Positions 25,811-34,446 of a stretch of 64,000 nucleotides of DNA are shown in pieces (the first letter of the stretch is position 1; each line of letters begins with the position of its first letter). Origin of the DNA: Flavobacteriales bacterium (GTDB lineage: Bacteria > Bacteroidota > Bacteroidia > CAIKAF01); contig JANWWQ010000005.1 in assembly GCA_025055635.1 (NCBI GenBank), positions 16,299-80,298 of the forward strand. Reading direction: 5' to 3'. The translations under genes were made by a program, and so were the position numbers. A model generated the notes under the pieces. The model was not told the origin of the DNA. It saw nothing but the letters and a program-made list of their open reading frames with translations, and did no database searches.

Positions 25811-27607
25811 ATGAAAGCTTCCCTCTGGCGTGTATTCTTTTATCTCTGTTTTTTACCTTTCCTGTACCTGCTCTCACGAGCTCAAAACGACCAAGTCATT
25901 TTACCTAATGGTTTTGCTCCTGGAGAAGAAGCCCTCCTTCCGAGTTATCTTTTTCAGGTTCAAAACCGTCCGCGCAATGCAATAACCACTCCACCAGGCG
26001 GCTCCCTACGTAACATGGCTGAGTGGGAAGAGATTCAGGCTTTACTCATCACCTGGACGGCATATCCTTCCATTCTTGCAGAAATTGTGCGCACCGCTCG
26101 GCAACACACTACTGTTTTAATCCACTGCAGCGACAGCAATCAGGTGAAAAATTATCTAAACAACCAAGGTATCCCGCTCAGTAACGTCAAATTTTTAGAG
26201 GTGCCCTATAACTCTATATGGATCAGGGATTATGGCCCAAACTCCGTGTACCGGAACGATGTGGACAGCCTGTTGCTGGTGGACTGGATTTACAATCGTC
26301 CCCGCCCAGCTGATGATGCCATGCCTGAAGAAGACGCAGCCTATTTTGGACTACCTTTATACGAAACCACAGCCCCTCCCACTGACTTGGTTTACACGGG
26401 CGGCAACTGGATGACCGATGGAAGGGGTACAGGTTTCTCCTCCCGTCTGTTCCTGGAAGACAACGGGCCAGGAAACAACTTTGGTGTCACAGTCAAGGAC
26501 ACGCAAGATGTGAAACAGATTTTGCAGGCTTTCATGGGAATTCAGCGGTTCGTTCACATGCAGGTGTTGCCCTACGACGGCATCCACCACATCGATATGC
26601 ACATGAAACTGTTGGATGAGGAAACGCTGTTGGTGGGGCTGTATCCCACCGGGATCTCGGATGGCCCGCAAATTGAGGCCAATCTCTCGTACATTCTGGA
26701 CCACTTTCAGACCGTTTTTGGCACACCCTACAAAATCGTGCGTATCCCCATGCCTCCCAGCCCTTCAGGCAATTGGCCCAGCGGAGGCGCCTCTTACCGC
26801 ACATATACGAATTCTGTGTTTGTGAACGGTGCCATCATTGTGCCCTCTTATCGGGAAGAATACGACACTATTGCCCATCGAATTTACCGAGAGCAACTAC
26901 CTGGATATGAAATCAAATTCATTGATTGCGACAATTCAGGCGCCAATATTATCAGCAACGGGGGCGCTATTCATTGCATCACCAATGCCGTAGGAGTGAA
27001 ACATCCGCTTTGGATATCACACAAAAAACTTGAAGACGCATATGAAGGTTCAGGTCCCTTCCAGGTAAATGCGCTCATTAAGCACCGCAGTGGTATCCAA
27101 TCTGCCACAGTGTATTGGCGCACTGACACCACACAACCTTATCAATCGGCTCCCATGACGCTAAGCAACCCGTCCCAAAATATCTGGACCGGTTACATAC
27201 CTGATCAACCTGGCGACACTTACGTTTACTACTACATCCAAGCCCAAGCCAATTCAGGAAAAGTCCAGAGACGGCCCATCGTGGCTCCGGCTGGATGGTG
27301 GCGATTTAAAGTATTGAAGTCCCCTAACACTGGTCTTATAAATGAATGCTTTGAAAAGGGTGCTTTCCCTAATCCTGCCCAGAACCTGGTTTGCATCCCT
27401 GTACATGCCTTTGCTGAAATGCAGGGACGCTTGGAATTAATGGATTTACAAGGTCGTTTGGTGCGCCTCATACACAAAGGCAGTTTTCCCCAGGGCCAGT
27501 ATAGGTATTACACCGATGTGTCGGATCTGGTCCCCGGTACTTACATCCTGCGTCTCCTTACTGAGCGCGGTGAGGCCCGACAGAAACTGATTGTGACCAA
27601 GCAGTAA
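25811..27607 (+). CDS. agmatine deiminase / Porphyromonas-type peptidylarginine deiminase family protein with T9SS C-terminal sorting domain
   Basis: Signal peptide MKASLWRVFFYLCFLPFLYLLSRAQ. PAD_porph-type blocks IWIRDYGPNSV, HIDMHMKLLDEE and the catalytic Cys in GGAIHCITNA. The C-terminal ~80 aa (FPNPAQNLVCIPV ... GTYILRLLTERGEARQKLIVTK) form a T9SS type-A sorting domain. Confidence 0.8.
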   Translation: MKASLWRVFFYLCFLPFLYLLSRAQNDQVILPNGFAPGEEALLPSYLFQVQNRPRNAITTPPGGSLRNMAEWEEIQALLITWTAYPSILAEIVRTARQHTTVLIHCSDSNQVKNYLNNQGIPLSNVKFLEVPYNSIWIRDYGPNSVYRNDVDSLLLVDWIYNRPRPADDAMPEEDAAYFGLPLYETTAPPTDLVYTGGNWMTDGRGTGFSSRLFLEDNGPGNNFGVTVKDTQDVKQILQAFMGIQRFVHMQVLPYDGIHHIDMHMKLLDEETLLVGLYPTGISDGPQIEANLSYILDHFQTVFGTPYKIVRIPMPPSPSGNWPSGGASYRTYTNSVFVNGAIIVPSYREEYDTIAHRIYREQLPGYEIKFIDCDNSGANIISNGGAIHCITNAVGVKHPLWISHKKLEDAYEGSGPFQVNALIKHRSGIQSATVYWRTDTTQPYQSAPMTLSNPSQNIWTGYIPDQPGDTYVYYYIQAQANSGKVQRRPIVAPAGWWRFKVLKSPNTGLINECFEKGAFPNPAQNLVCIPVHAFAEMQGRLELMDLQGRLVRLIHKGSFPQGQYRYYTDVSDLVPGTYILRLLTERGEARQKLIVTKQ

Positions 27608-27796
27608 TGCGTATTTTTATTTTTTATAGTAATTATTAAAAAGGGAGCGATTAAGGTATAAAATTTCCTATAATCCCTAGCCCTACATTTCAAAAAAATT
27701 ACAAAGCTTTGAATCCTAATGGAACCTTACACCGCTCATCTTAAAATATCTTTTTCTTAGACCGCCCAAGCATTGCCTGAAATATCTTAAGGTACG

Positions 27797-27839
27797 ACAC
27801 AATATTCCGCAGGCCCGGTAAAATTCTCTGTTATTGTGT
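27797..27839. repeat. 8-bp perfect inverted repeat ACACAATA / TATTGTGT, 27-nt spacer, plus a third direct CACAATAT copy at about 27855
   Basis: Read directly in the 496-bp AT-rich spacer upstream of ctaB. Coordinates are +/-2. Confidence 0.4.
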
Positions 27840-28098
27840 GAAGTACATCGTATTCACAATATAATGAAATCTTTAAATAGTTAAATATAAACAAAAAGCA
27901 ATTAATTGACGACATAAATTTTCTTTTTCAGGGGAATACAGAAATAATCTTTTTCATGGGCTTTTATCAAAATGTTATTAAATTAAGAAACTCTTAAATT
28001 TATTTTTTCCTGATCACGTGTAATTTCACCTAAACCAATAAAATACATCTTTTCAGTGACGAGGTATTAAATATTAAGTGGATACCTACCGGATTAGC

Positions 28099-28106
28099 TA
28101 CTTTTG
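28099..28106 (+). promoter_or_regulatory. -7 promoter box TACTTTTG for ctaB
   Basis: Perfect TAnnTTTG. The track TTG start (28104) lies inside this box, so the real start is probably downstream, for example TTG 28122. Confidence 0.45.
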
Positions 28107-29009
28107 CACCCTGTAATTCGCTTGGCTATAGCTTCTCTTTCAGCGGAAAAGGACTCTCTGGCTGCCCGCATCAAACTCTTGTCAGAGCTCGGAAAACTGC
28201 GGCTGGCTTTGCTTGTTATTCTTTCCGCTGCTATGGGATTTTTTATAGCCGATGCGGGATTTTCTTGGTCTTCGTTGCTAGGTCTCCTTTTCGGAGGACT
28301 TCTCGTGACCGGCGGGGCTAACGCCCTGAATCAAGTTTTGGAGCGCAGTTCTGACGCTTTGATGGAGCGCACAAGGCATCGGCCTTTACCTGAAATGCGT
28401 ATAACGCCGCTAGGTGCTTGGGCCATCGCATTTCTAATGATCGCAGGGGGCTTTCTGTTGCTCTTTTTCTTTTGTAATTCACTGACAGCTTTTTTGAGCC
28501 TGCTGTCAGCAATGCTTTACACGGCTGCCTACACGCCCCTTAAAAAATTTACCCCAATAGCCGTGTTTGTGGGCGCCATTCCGGGGGCCATGCCTCCCTT
28601 ACTAGGCTGGGTGGCTGCCAGGGGCCATATAGGCTTTGAAGCCCTACTCCTTTTTGTATTGCAATTTTTCTGGCAATTCCCTCATTTCTGGGCTATCGCC
28701 TGGCGGCTTCATGATGATTATGCTCGAGCTGGAATTTATCTTCTACCCCTGCGGGGTGGACCCAGCCGTCAGAATGCCTGGATCGTTCTTCTTTATACTC
28801 TTCTCACAGTGCCCGCAGCCCTTCTCCCTTATGTATTTGGCTTTTATGGCCTGGGGTCTGCGGTACTGATTGCGCTGTTGGGTGTGGCCTACGCTTGGCC
28901 GGCGTGGCGGCTTACGCAGACTCTTGATGACCGCTATGCCCTCCGTTTGTTGTATGCCTCCTTTTTGTATTTACCCTCAATGCAACTTGCCTGGTGGGCA
29001 AATTTTTAA
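28104..29009 (+). CDS. ctaB: protoheme IX farnesyltransferase (heme O synthase)
   Basis: UbiA-type motif GGANALNQVLERSSDALMERTRHRPLP in a polytopic protein. The 5' end is uncertain; TTG 28122 is my preferred alternative. Confidence 0.85.
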   Translation: MHPVIRLAIASLSAEKDSLAARIKLLSELGKLRLALLVILSAAMGFFIADAGFSWSSLLGLLFGGLLVTGGANALNQVLERSSDALMERTRHRPLPEMRITPLGAWAIAFLMIAGGFLLLFFFCNSLTAFLSLLSAMLYTAAYTPLKKFTPIAVFVGAIPGAMPPLLGWVAARGHIGFEALLLFVLQFFWQFPHFWAIAWRLHDDYARAGIYLLPLRGGPSRQNAWIVLLYTLLTVPAALLPYVFGFYGLGSAVLIALLGVAYAWPAWRLTQTLDDRYALRLLYASFLYLPSMQLAWWANF

Positions 29010-29018
29010 GGTTTTGCT

Positions 29019-29594
29019 ATGACCACTGTTGCAGAAGATCAAAGAACCTTTGAAAGAGGCCGCAAACTGCTTCTGTGGCTTAGCATGGCCTCTATGGCCA
29101 TGGCTTTCGCAGGCCTGACTAGTGCCTTTATCGTGAGGCAAGAACAAGCGAATTGGTATAGGTTTTCTTTGCCATTCATATTATGGGTGGGCACAGTACT
29201 CTTGGTGGTGAGTACAGCAGCTGTTATTGGGGCGCAATTGGCTGCGGCTCGGGGCGTATTCCGATGGGCAGGATTCTTTTTAGGATTGGCCTTGGCACTT
29301 GGGATAGGGTTTACGGTGTGCCAATTCCGGGGGTGGAGCGAACTCACCCGCAGCGGTGTGTTTTTCGTGGATAAGAAAAGTCCTTCAGGAGCCTTCTTTT
29401 ACGTGCTTACAGGTCTTCATCTTGCCCATCTCTTCGGAGGAATGATAGCTCTGCTGGTCAGTAGTCTGCGTTCATTTTTTAAAAAGTACTCCCTTCAGAA
29501 TTACTTAGGACTAAAACTTACAGCCATTTTTTGGCATTTCCTAACCGGGTTGTGGCTTTACATTTTCATTTTCGTACAAGTGATGTTCTCCTGA
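29019..29594 (+). CDS. cytochrome c oxidase subunit III family protein
   Basis: 191 aa, 5 TM. FFYVLTGLHLAHLFGGMIAL and AIFWHFLTGLWLYIFIF match the FYxxTGxHxxHV and YWHFVDxVW blocks of subunit III. Confidence 0.7.
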   Translation: MTTVAEDQRTFERGRKLLLWLSMASMAMAFAGLTSAFIVRQEQANWYRFSLPFILWVGTVLLVVSTAAVIGAQLAAARGVFRWAGFFLGLALALGIGFTVCQFRGWSELTRSGVFFVDKKSPSGAFFYVLTGLHLAHLFGGMIALLVSSLRSFFKKYSLQNYLGLKLTAIFWHFLTGLWLYIFIFVQVMFS

Positions 29595-30347
29595 AAGCCA
29601 GCGCCGGACCACAGATCGTATTGAAAAGGGCGATAATATATGTGTAGCCTGGGGCATCACTAGAAGCTGAAAATGGTTCAAGTATTTTTTTTCTAGTTTT
29701 TTGAAGTATTTCAAGGGAAATATGGCGTCCCGTTCGCCTGCAAGGCACCAAACCTTTTGTTTTTGCAGCTCGCTATCCAGATCTAAAGGGTCAGAGAACA
29801 TGTGCCAGAGCCTTAAGATTTGGCCATGTTGCCAATCTTCCAAAAGTTTATTTATATCCAAGGGATTAAATCCCCAGTATTTCATCAGAAATGGGAGGGT
29901 TTTCCTGATCAGAGCGCAGTCTGAAAGTTTTTGAACTAAAGGATAAATAGGTGACCTTGTGAGGAGGACAAATACCGGATGGGTGTAAAAACCATCTGGC
30001 GCTATACAAAGGACTGGCTGATGATAGGTTAAAGAAGGATAAGCGCCGACCAGGTGGAGCCATACCCGGGTTCCGAAGCTGCAGGTCACAATATGTAGGG
30101 ATTTGTCTTCGGAATCGGATAATTTAACAAAATCCTCGTATAGAAGCGCAAGGGCCTCTTTCTTTGAAATCGTTTGTACAAGAAAAACCTTGTAATCGGC
30201 TAAATAAAGGGTGCAAGACACCCCATGGAAGAGCGCTTCAAAATAAGAAGGTTGCTGGCCCAGGCCCGGAAATATTATCACAGGCTGTTCACCAAGGCGC
30301 AGCGGGCGCAAACAATGCCAGCCCTCCACTCGACGGCTTTGTGTCAT
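29541..30347 (-). CDS. hypothetical protein, possibly alpha/beta-hydrolase fold
   Basis: 268 aa. VIIFPGLGQQ and IVTCSFGTRVW (Sm-x-Ser-x-Gly-like) hint at a hydrolase fold. Its last 54 nt overlap the convergent ctaE-like gene. Confidence 0.35.
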   Translation of the reverse strand: MTQSRRVEGWHCLRPLRLGEQPVIIFPGLGQQPSYFEALFHGVSCTLYLADYKVFLVQTISKKEALALLYEDFVKLSDSEDKSLHIVTCSFGTRVWLHLVGAYPSLTYHQPVLCIAPDGFYTHPVFVLLTRSPIYPLVQKLSDCALIRKTLPFLMKYWGFNPLDINKLLEDWQHGQILRLWHMFSDPLDLDSELQKQKVWCLAGERDAIFPLKYFKKLEKKYLNHFQLLVMPQATHILSPFSIRSVVRRWLSGEHHLYENENVKPQPG

Positions 30348-30889
30348 GGACCGGTTGGAGAATCCTCCAGCAGGAATTCATTAAGGAGTTTGTTTTGGCG
30401 CAAGGGGAATCCGTATTTTGCAGCAAACTCCTTTTGACGCGCAAGAAAAGCAGCATCTGCCTTGGCTTCCCTAAAGCGAATATCCTCCAAGAGTTTTCGT
30501 ACCCGTTCGATTTGAAGGCGACCCGTTAATTCGGCTGCCCGATACTCAGCCAAAATAGCTGGATACTCATGATTTACCACAGAAAAGTAAAGCTGAAACA
30601 ACTCTCGGGCGGCATCGCGGAGGGCTGTCTCCCCTTCAAAGGGAGGCAAAGTTTCCAAAGCTTTCAGGTGACGCTGGAGAGTGCTTTGGATTTCCATGAG
30701 GATTTGTTCAGCATGGCGTACTTGGTTTTTCTGTAATTCCCGACCAAATAAATTCATGAGTCGTCCGGCCTCCACCTGCCGTTCCACAATACCATCGTTG
30801 TACAGGATAGCGCGCTCGGTCAGGCTTGGAGACTGTACCCATCCAATTTTAGGAGTCACCAACAAGAACAATGCGATCAGACCTCGCAT
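30344..30889 (-). CDS. hypothetical secreted helical protein
   Basis: The track start is 30931. ATG at 30889 gives the signal peptide MRGLIALFLLVTPKIGWVQS. The stop overlaps the downstream start as ATGA (30344-30347). Confidence 0.4.
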   Translation of the reverse strand: MRGLIALFLLVTPKIGWVQSPSLTERAILYNDGIVERQVEAGRLMNLFGRELQKNQVRHAEQILMEIQSTLQRHLKALETLPPFEGETALRDAARELFQLYFSVVNHEYPAILAEYRAAELTGRLQIERVRKLLEDIRFREAKADAAFLARQKEFAAKYGFPLRQNKLLNEFLLEDSPTGP

Positions 30890-30943
30890 TTTGAAATAAA
30901 GGAGGACAAATATCACACCAAAGTTCACCACTTTTGTTCAGGC

Positions 30944-31738
30944 ATGGAACGGCTGGGTGGAGCTCTTCGAAAAATGCGCATTGAGCCTGCAAGCCCCGCC
31001 CGTTACTTTTTGCGAACCGATCAAAAAGAACTTTTCCTCAACGACCTCGTAGGATTTCCCCTGCATTTAGAATTTACTGGTAAAATTTTTTGCGTTGTAT
31101 GTGGCCGGAAAATTTCTAAAGCATACGGTCAGGGATTTTGCTTTCCCTGTTTCAGGGACAGCCCTGAAAATTCGCCTTGCATTATCCATCCGGAAAAATG
31201 CCGGGGGCATTTAGGAGAAGGCCGAGATCCTCAGTGGGAACGGGAAAATCACGTACAACCTCACATTGTGTATTTTGCCTGGAGCAGCGGTTGGAAAGTG
31301 GGAATTACTAGGGAAAATCAAATTCCTACTCGATGGTTGGATCAGGGCGCAACAGTGGCTATCTCTATTGCCCGGACTCCATACAGATACCTGGCCGGAG
31401 TCATGGAAGTGACTTTGAAAGCCCACATTCCTGATAAAACCGACTGGCGCCGGATGATTGCCTTGCAGGAACCACCTCAACCTCCAAAGCCTCCCTTACA
31501 ACCGGAAGTGATATTACCTGAAGATCTAAAGACCTATCTGCTCCCTCCCACTGACCCTGTTAGGTTGGAATACCCTCTGCACGGAATGTTTTCCAAAATC
31601 GTAGCGGTTGATCTAATGAAAAACCCTGTTTTTGAAGGAATATTGGCTGGTATGAAGGGTCAGTATCTCGTGCTTACGGACGGTAGGGTACTTAATATAC
31701 GTAATCACAGCGGCTACGAAATCATTTTAAAAGGCTGA
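30944..31738 (+). CDS. DUF2797-like protein (Cys-rich zinc-ribbon N-terminus)
   Basis: 264 aa. CVVCGRKISKAYGQGFCFPCF ... CIIHPEKCRGH, then VYFAWSSGWKVGITRENQIPTRWLDQGA. This matches my recollection of DUF2797 and was not searched. Confidence 0.5.
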   Translation: MERLGGALRKMRIEPASPARYFLRTDQKELFLNDLVGFPLHLEFTGKIFCVVCGRKISKAYGQGFCFPCFRDSPENSPCIIHPEKCRGHLGEGRDPQWERENHVQPHIVYFAWSSGWKVGITRENQIPTRWLDQGATVAISIARTPYRYLAGVMEVTLKAHIPDKTDWRRMIALQEPPQPPKPPLQPEVILPEDLKTYLLPPTDPVRLEYPLHGMFSKIVAVDLMKNPVFEGILAGMKGQYLVLTDGRVLNIRNHSGYEIILKG

Positions 31739-31741
31739 AGT

Positions 31742-33607
31742 TCACATTTTTAACACGGCGCAGCCTTTTCGGCCGCTACTGCCCTCCAGATACACGAAGT
31801 AATAACCGGGCCAAAAGTGGGAGGCATCAAAATGCGCATACCGTAATCCTGGGTTCTGGATGCCCAGATGGCTGGTATAAACGGTGTTTCCTGCTAGATC
31901 CACCACGCGCAATATAACCTCCTGGGGCGTAGTCAAGCCGAACTGCACTACCATTGTGGACTTTGTTGGATTAGGCCACACGTTGAATGCTGTGATGAAT
32001 GGAGGTTGTGGTTTAGAGGAAACGAGGGGGTCGGCCGGCGGGGCCAACGGAGGATATTTTTTCTTTTGTGTTACACACCCGGAAGCTTGCCTTAAAAAGC
32101 GTTCTCCAAGGTTGCAGTAAAAGGCAACAGGACAGCTTACATTGATGTTATCCGGCTCCTCTATCGTTTCCACAAAATAATAATCTGCCTGTACCCTCTG
32201 CTTATTAAAATCGGCAATGATCAAACCATGGTCCTCCAAATTTACATATTTGACGTGCGGGTTTGCTGCTTGCACAAGCGAGGCTCCTCCCGGGATGTTA
32301 AGCAAGTTGCCGGACGTCACTGAAGTGGCCACGAACTCAACACCTACGGAGTTAGCACCCGTGTTGGGATCGTAACCTGTGTAGGGAAGGTCATTGGCCC
32401 AGGCCGTGTGGATATCGCCCGTAAAAACTACAATGTTGGGGATGTTGTTATTGATGATAAAATCCCATAGTCTACGGCGCTCAGCGGGATAACCATCCCA
32501 TTGATCACCATTGACGACCAAACCCAAAACCTGAAGGGGTGCCATCATTACCTGCTGAGCTATGACGCGCCAGAGCGCCGTCCCAGAGGAGAGGCCGTCC
32601 AGAAGCCATTGCCTTTGCTCCGGACCCAACATTCTGCGTGCGGTATCGGTAAGCACCGGATCGTTGGGACTCAATAGAAAGCCTAGGGGTTCGTCCCTAT
32701 CAAATAAGCGGGTATCCAGAAAATGCACATCCATCAGATTGCCCCAAATGAAACGCCTGAAGATGCGTACATTTTCGCCTGGATTAGGATAGCGTAAGGG
32801 CATCCATTCACTATAGACCTGCAGGGCTTGGTTTTTCCGAGTTTGAAAATCCCCTTCTGTGTTAGGATCATGATTTTCCGCTCCATCCCGCCATGAATTG
32901 TTCGCCACTTCATGGTCATCCCATACAGAGAAGATGGGGTATTGGCGAAGCACTTCCCGCAGATCTTTATCCAACCTGTATTGTGAATGACGCGTTCGAT
33001 AGTCAGATAGGGTTAGAATTTCATACGGCGGATCATGGTCGCGTCCGAATGTACTGGTTCCACCATTTTCATAAATGAAATCTCCAAGAAAAAAGATAGC
33101 ATCGACGTCGTTGGTGCGTGAAAGCCATTGATAAATATTATAAAATCCACTGGTAAAATTCTGGCAGGATGCTACGGCCACGCGGATAGAATCCGTATCG
33201 CCGGCCGGAAGCGTGCGTGTACGACCCCGTAAGGAGGGTATACCATTCCAATAAAACTGATAATAGTACCACGTATTAGGTTGAAGACCTTGCACATCCA
33301 CACGTACCGTGAAATCCCGGCTCACACTCGTGTAGGTTGAACCACTCTGGACTATTTGTGTCATTCCTGTGTCCAGCGCTACGGCCCAGGAAACGGTTGT
33401 GCCCGTATCTGGCGAATTAGTAGTCACCCTTGTCCAAATGATCACTCGGTCCGTTAAAGGATCCCCGCTTGCCACGCCATGGTAAAAGGGCGCAAGAGCC
33501 GAATCCACATCTGCCCGGGCGCTCAATTGCTCGTAAGTCAACACCTGACTACGCAAGACAAGCGTAGGAAAGGAAATAACAAAAAGTAACGCAAAAGGAT
33601 TTCTCAT
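31742..33607 (-). CDS. phoD: PhoD-family alkaline phosphatase with T9SS C-terminal sorting domain
   Basis: 621 aa. Signal peptide, then FYHGVASGDPLTDRVIIWTRV (PhoD N-terminus) and metallophosphatase blocks FLGDFIYE and WDDHEVANN. The C-terminal VWPNPTKSTMVVQF ... GYYFVYLEGSSGRKGCAVLKM is the sorting domain. Confidence 0.85.
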   Translation of the reverse strand: MRNPFALLFVISFPTLVLRSQVLTYEQLSARADVDSALAPFYHGVASGDPLTDRVIIWTRVTTNSPDTGTTVSWAVALDTGMTQIVQSGSTYTSVSRDFTVRVDVQGLQPNTWYYYQFYWNGIPSLRGRTRTLPAGDTDSIRVAVASCQNFTSGFYNIYQWLSRTNDVDAIFFLGDFIYENGGTSTFGRDHDPPYEILTLSDYRTRHSQYRLDKDLREVLRQYPIFSVWDDHEVANNSWRDGAENHDPNTEGDFQTRKNQALQVYSEWMPLRYPNPGENVRIFRRFIWGNLMDVHFLDTRLFDRDEPLGFLLSPNDPVLTDTARRMLGPEQRQWLLDGLSSGTALWRVIAQQVMMAPLQVLGLVVNGDQWDGYPAERRRLWDFIINNNIPNIVVFTGDIHTAWANDLPYTGYDPNTGANSVGVEFVATSVTSGNLLNIPGGASLVQAANPHVKYVNLEDHGLIIADFNKQRVQADYYFVETIEEPDNINVSCPVAFYCNLGERFLRQASGCVTQKKKYPPLAPPADPLVSSKPQPPFITAFNVWPNPTKSTMVVQFGLTTPQEVILRVVDLAGNTVYTSHLGIQNPGLRYAHFDASHFWPGYYFVYLEGSSGRKGCAVLKM

Positions 33608-33638
33608 CTTTTCGTTTTTGCCTTTATCTATGGTTTGA

Positions 33639-33646
33639 CAAATTTA
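33639..33646 (-). promoter_or_regulatory. -7 promoter box TAAATTTG (minus strand) for phoD
   Basis: Forward CAAATTTA lies 31 nt upstream of ATG 33607. Confidence 0.4.
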
Positions 33647-33829
33647 GACACGGAAAAAAAGAATGTGGCGAGTATTAGTCCACTATTTTTTCCAAAAAAT
33701 TTTCCCGTCAATAAGTGGAAAAAGTAATGTATGTTTTAGTCAAAAGTTTCAAAAAATTTTCTCCTAGTTAAAAATACAAAAAATTAAAATTATATCATTA
33801 CTTTTTTCGTATTTACAAAATACCGACGC

Positions 33830-34339
33830 ATGAAACTTTCACCCAGTTTTTCTCTTGCTGAGATGCTTAACAATCAGACGGCTGTGCGTCATGGCATCAC
33901 TGAACAATTTAATCCTCCTGAAGATGTGGTAGACAGCCTGAAAGCCTTGTGTAAAAAGGTACTACAACCCTTGCGTGACAGCTTGGGCAAGCCCATTACG
34001 GTGAGCAGTGGATATCGGTGCCCCAGACTCAATACGCTGGTGGGTGGCTCCCCCACCAGCGACCACATGTTTGGAAGGGCGGCCGACCTGAACTTTTACG
34101 ACAATGGCAAAGAAGATAACCTTAGAATAGCCAAAGAAGTTATGAAACTGGGGCTTCCTTTCAAGCAAATGATCTTAGAGGGCGGTACGCTGGATTCTCC
34201 GCGATGGATTCATATCGCTTATGACCCATCCGGCAAAGACAACCGTCAGGAAATTCTATTCGCCGATTTTTCTGTACGGCCCAAGGCATACAAACCTTTG
34301 AAATACAAGGATGGAAAATTTTCTTTGAAAAAGAAGTAG
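33830..34339 (+). CDS. peptidase M15A-type D-Ala-D-Ala carboxypeptidase family metallohydrolase (endolysin-like)
   Basis: 169 aa. SSGYRCPRLNTLVGGSPTSDHMFGRAADL carries the SxHxxGxAxD zinc-site pattern. There is no signal peptide. Confidence 0.75.
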   Translation: MKLSPSFSLAEMLNNQTAVRHGITEQFNPPEDVVDSLKALCKKVLQPLRDSLGKPITVSSGYRCPRLNTLVGGSPTSDHMFGRAADLNFYDNGKEDNLRIAKEVMKLGLPFKQMILEGGTLDSPRWIHIAYDPSGKDNRQEILFADFSVRPKAYKPLKYKDGKFSLKKK

Positions 34340-34431
34340 AAAAGTCCTAAACCCGATTTTTCTAAACGATTTTATTCAAGAAGCTGTTTATAACTTCTAA
34401 TTATTCTCGTAGGTATTCATGACCTTGCTCT

Positions 34432-34439
34432 TACTTTTG
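34432..34439 (+). promoter_or_regulatory. -7 promoter box TACTTTTG for ykuK-like gene
   Basis: Perfect TAnnTTTG only 7 nt upstream of ATG 34447. Confidence 0.45.
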
Positions 34440-34446
34440 AGCGACG

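Noticed and set aside
33796-33824. 29-nt similarity (20/29 identical, ungapped) between the sequence just upstream of the M15 peptidase ATG and the one just upstream of the pepA ATG (35673-35701), first considered as direct repeats bounding an inserted islet
   Set aside because: The shared core is the promoter consensus (c)TCTACTTTTGA. It also occurs upstream of ykuK, ctaB, the epimerase gene and the O-methyltransferase gene. The similarity therefore reflects promoter architecture, not attachment-site duplication.
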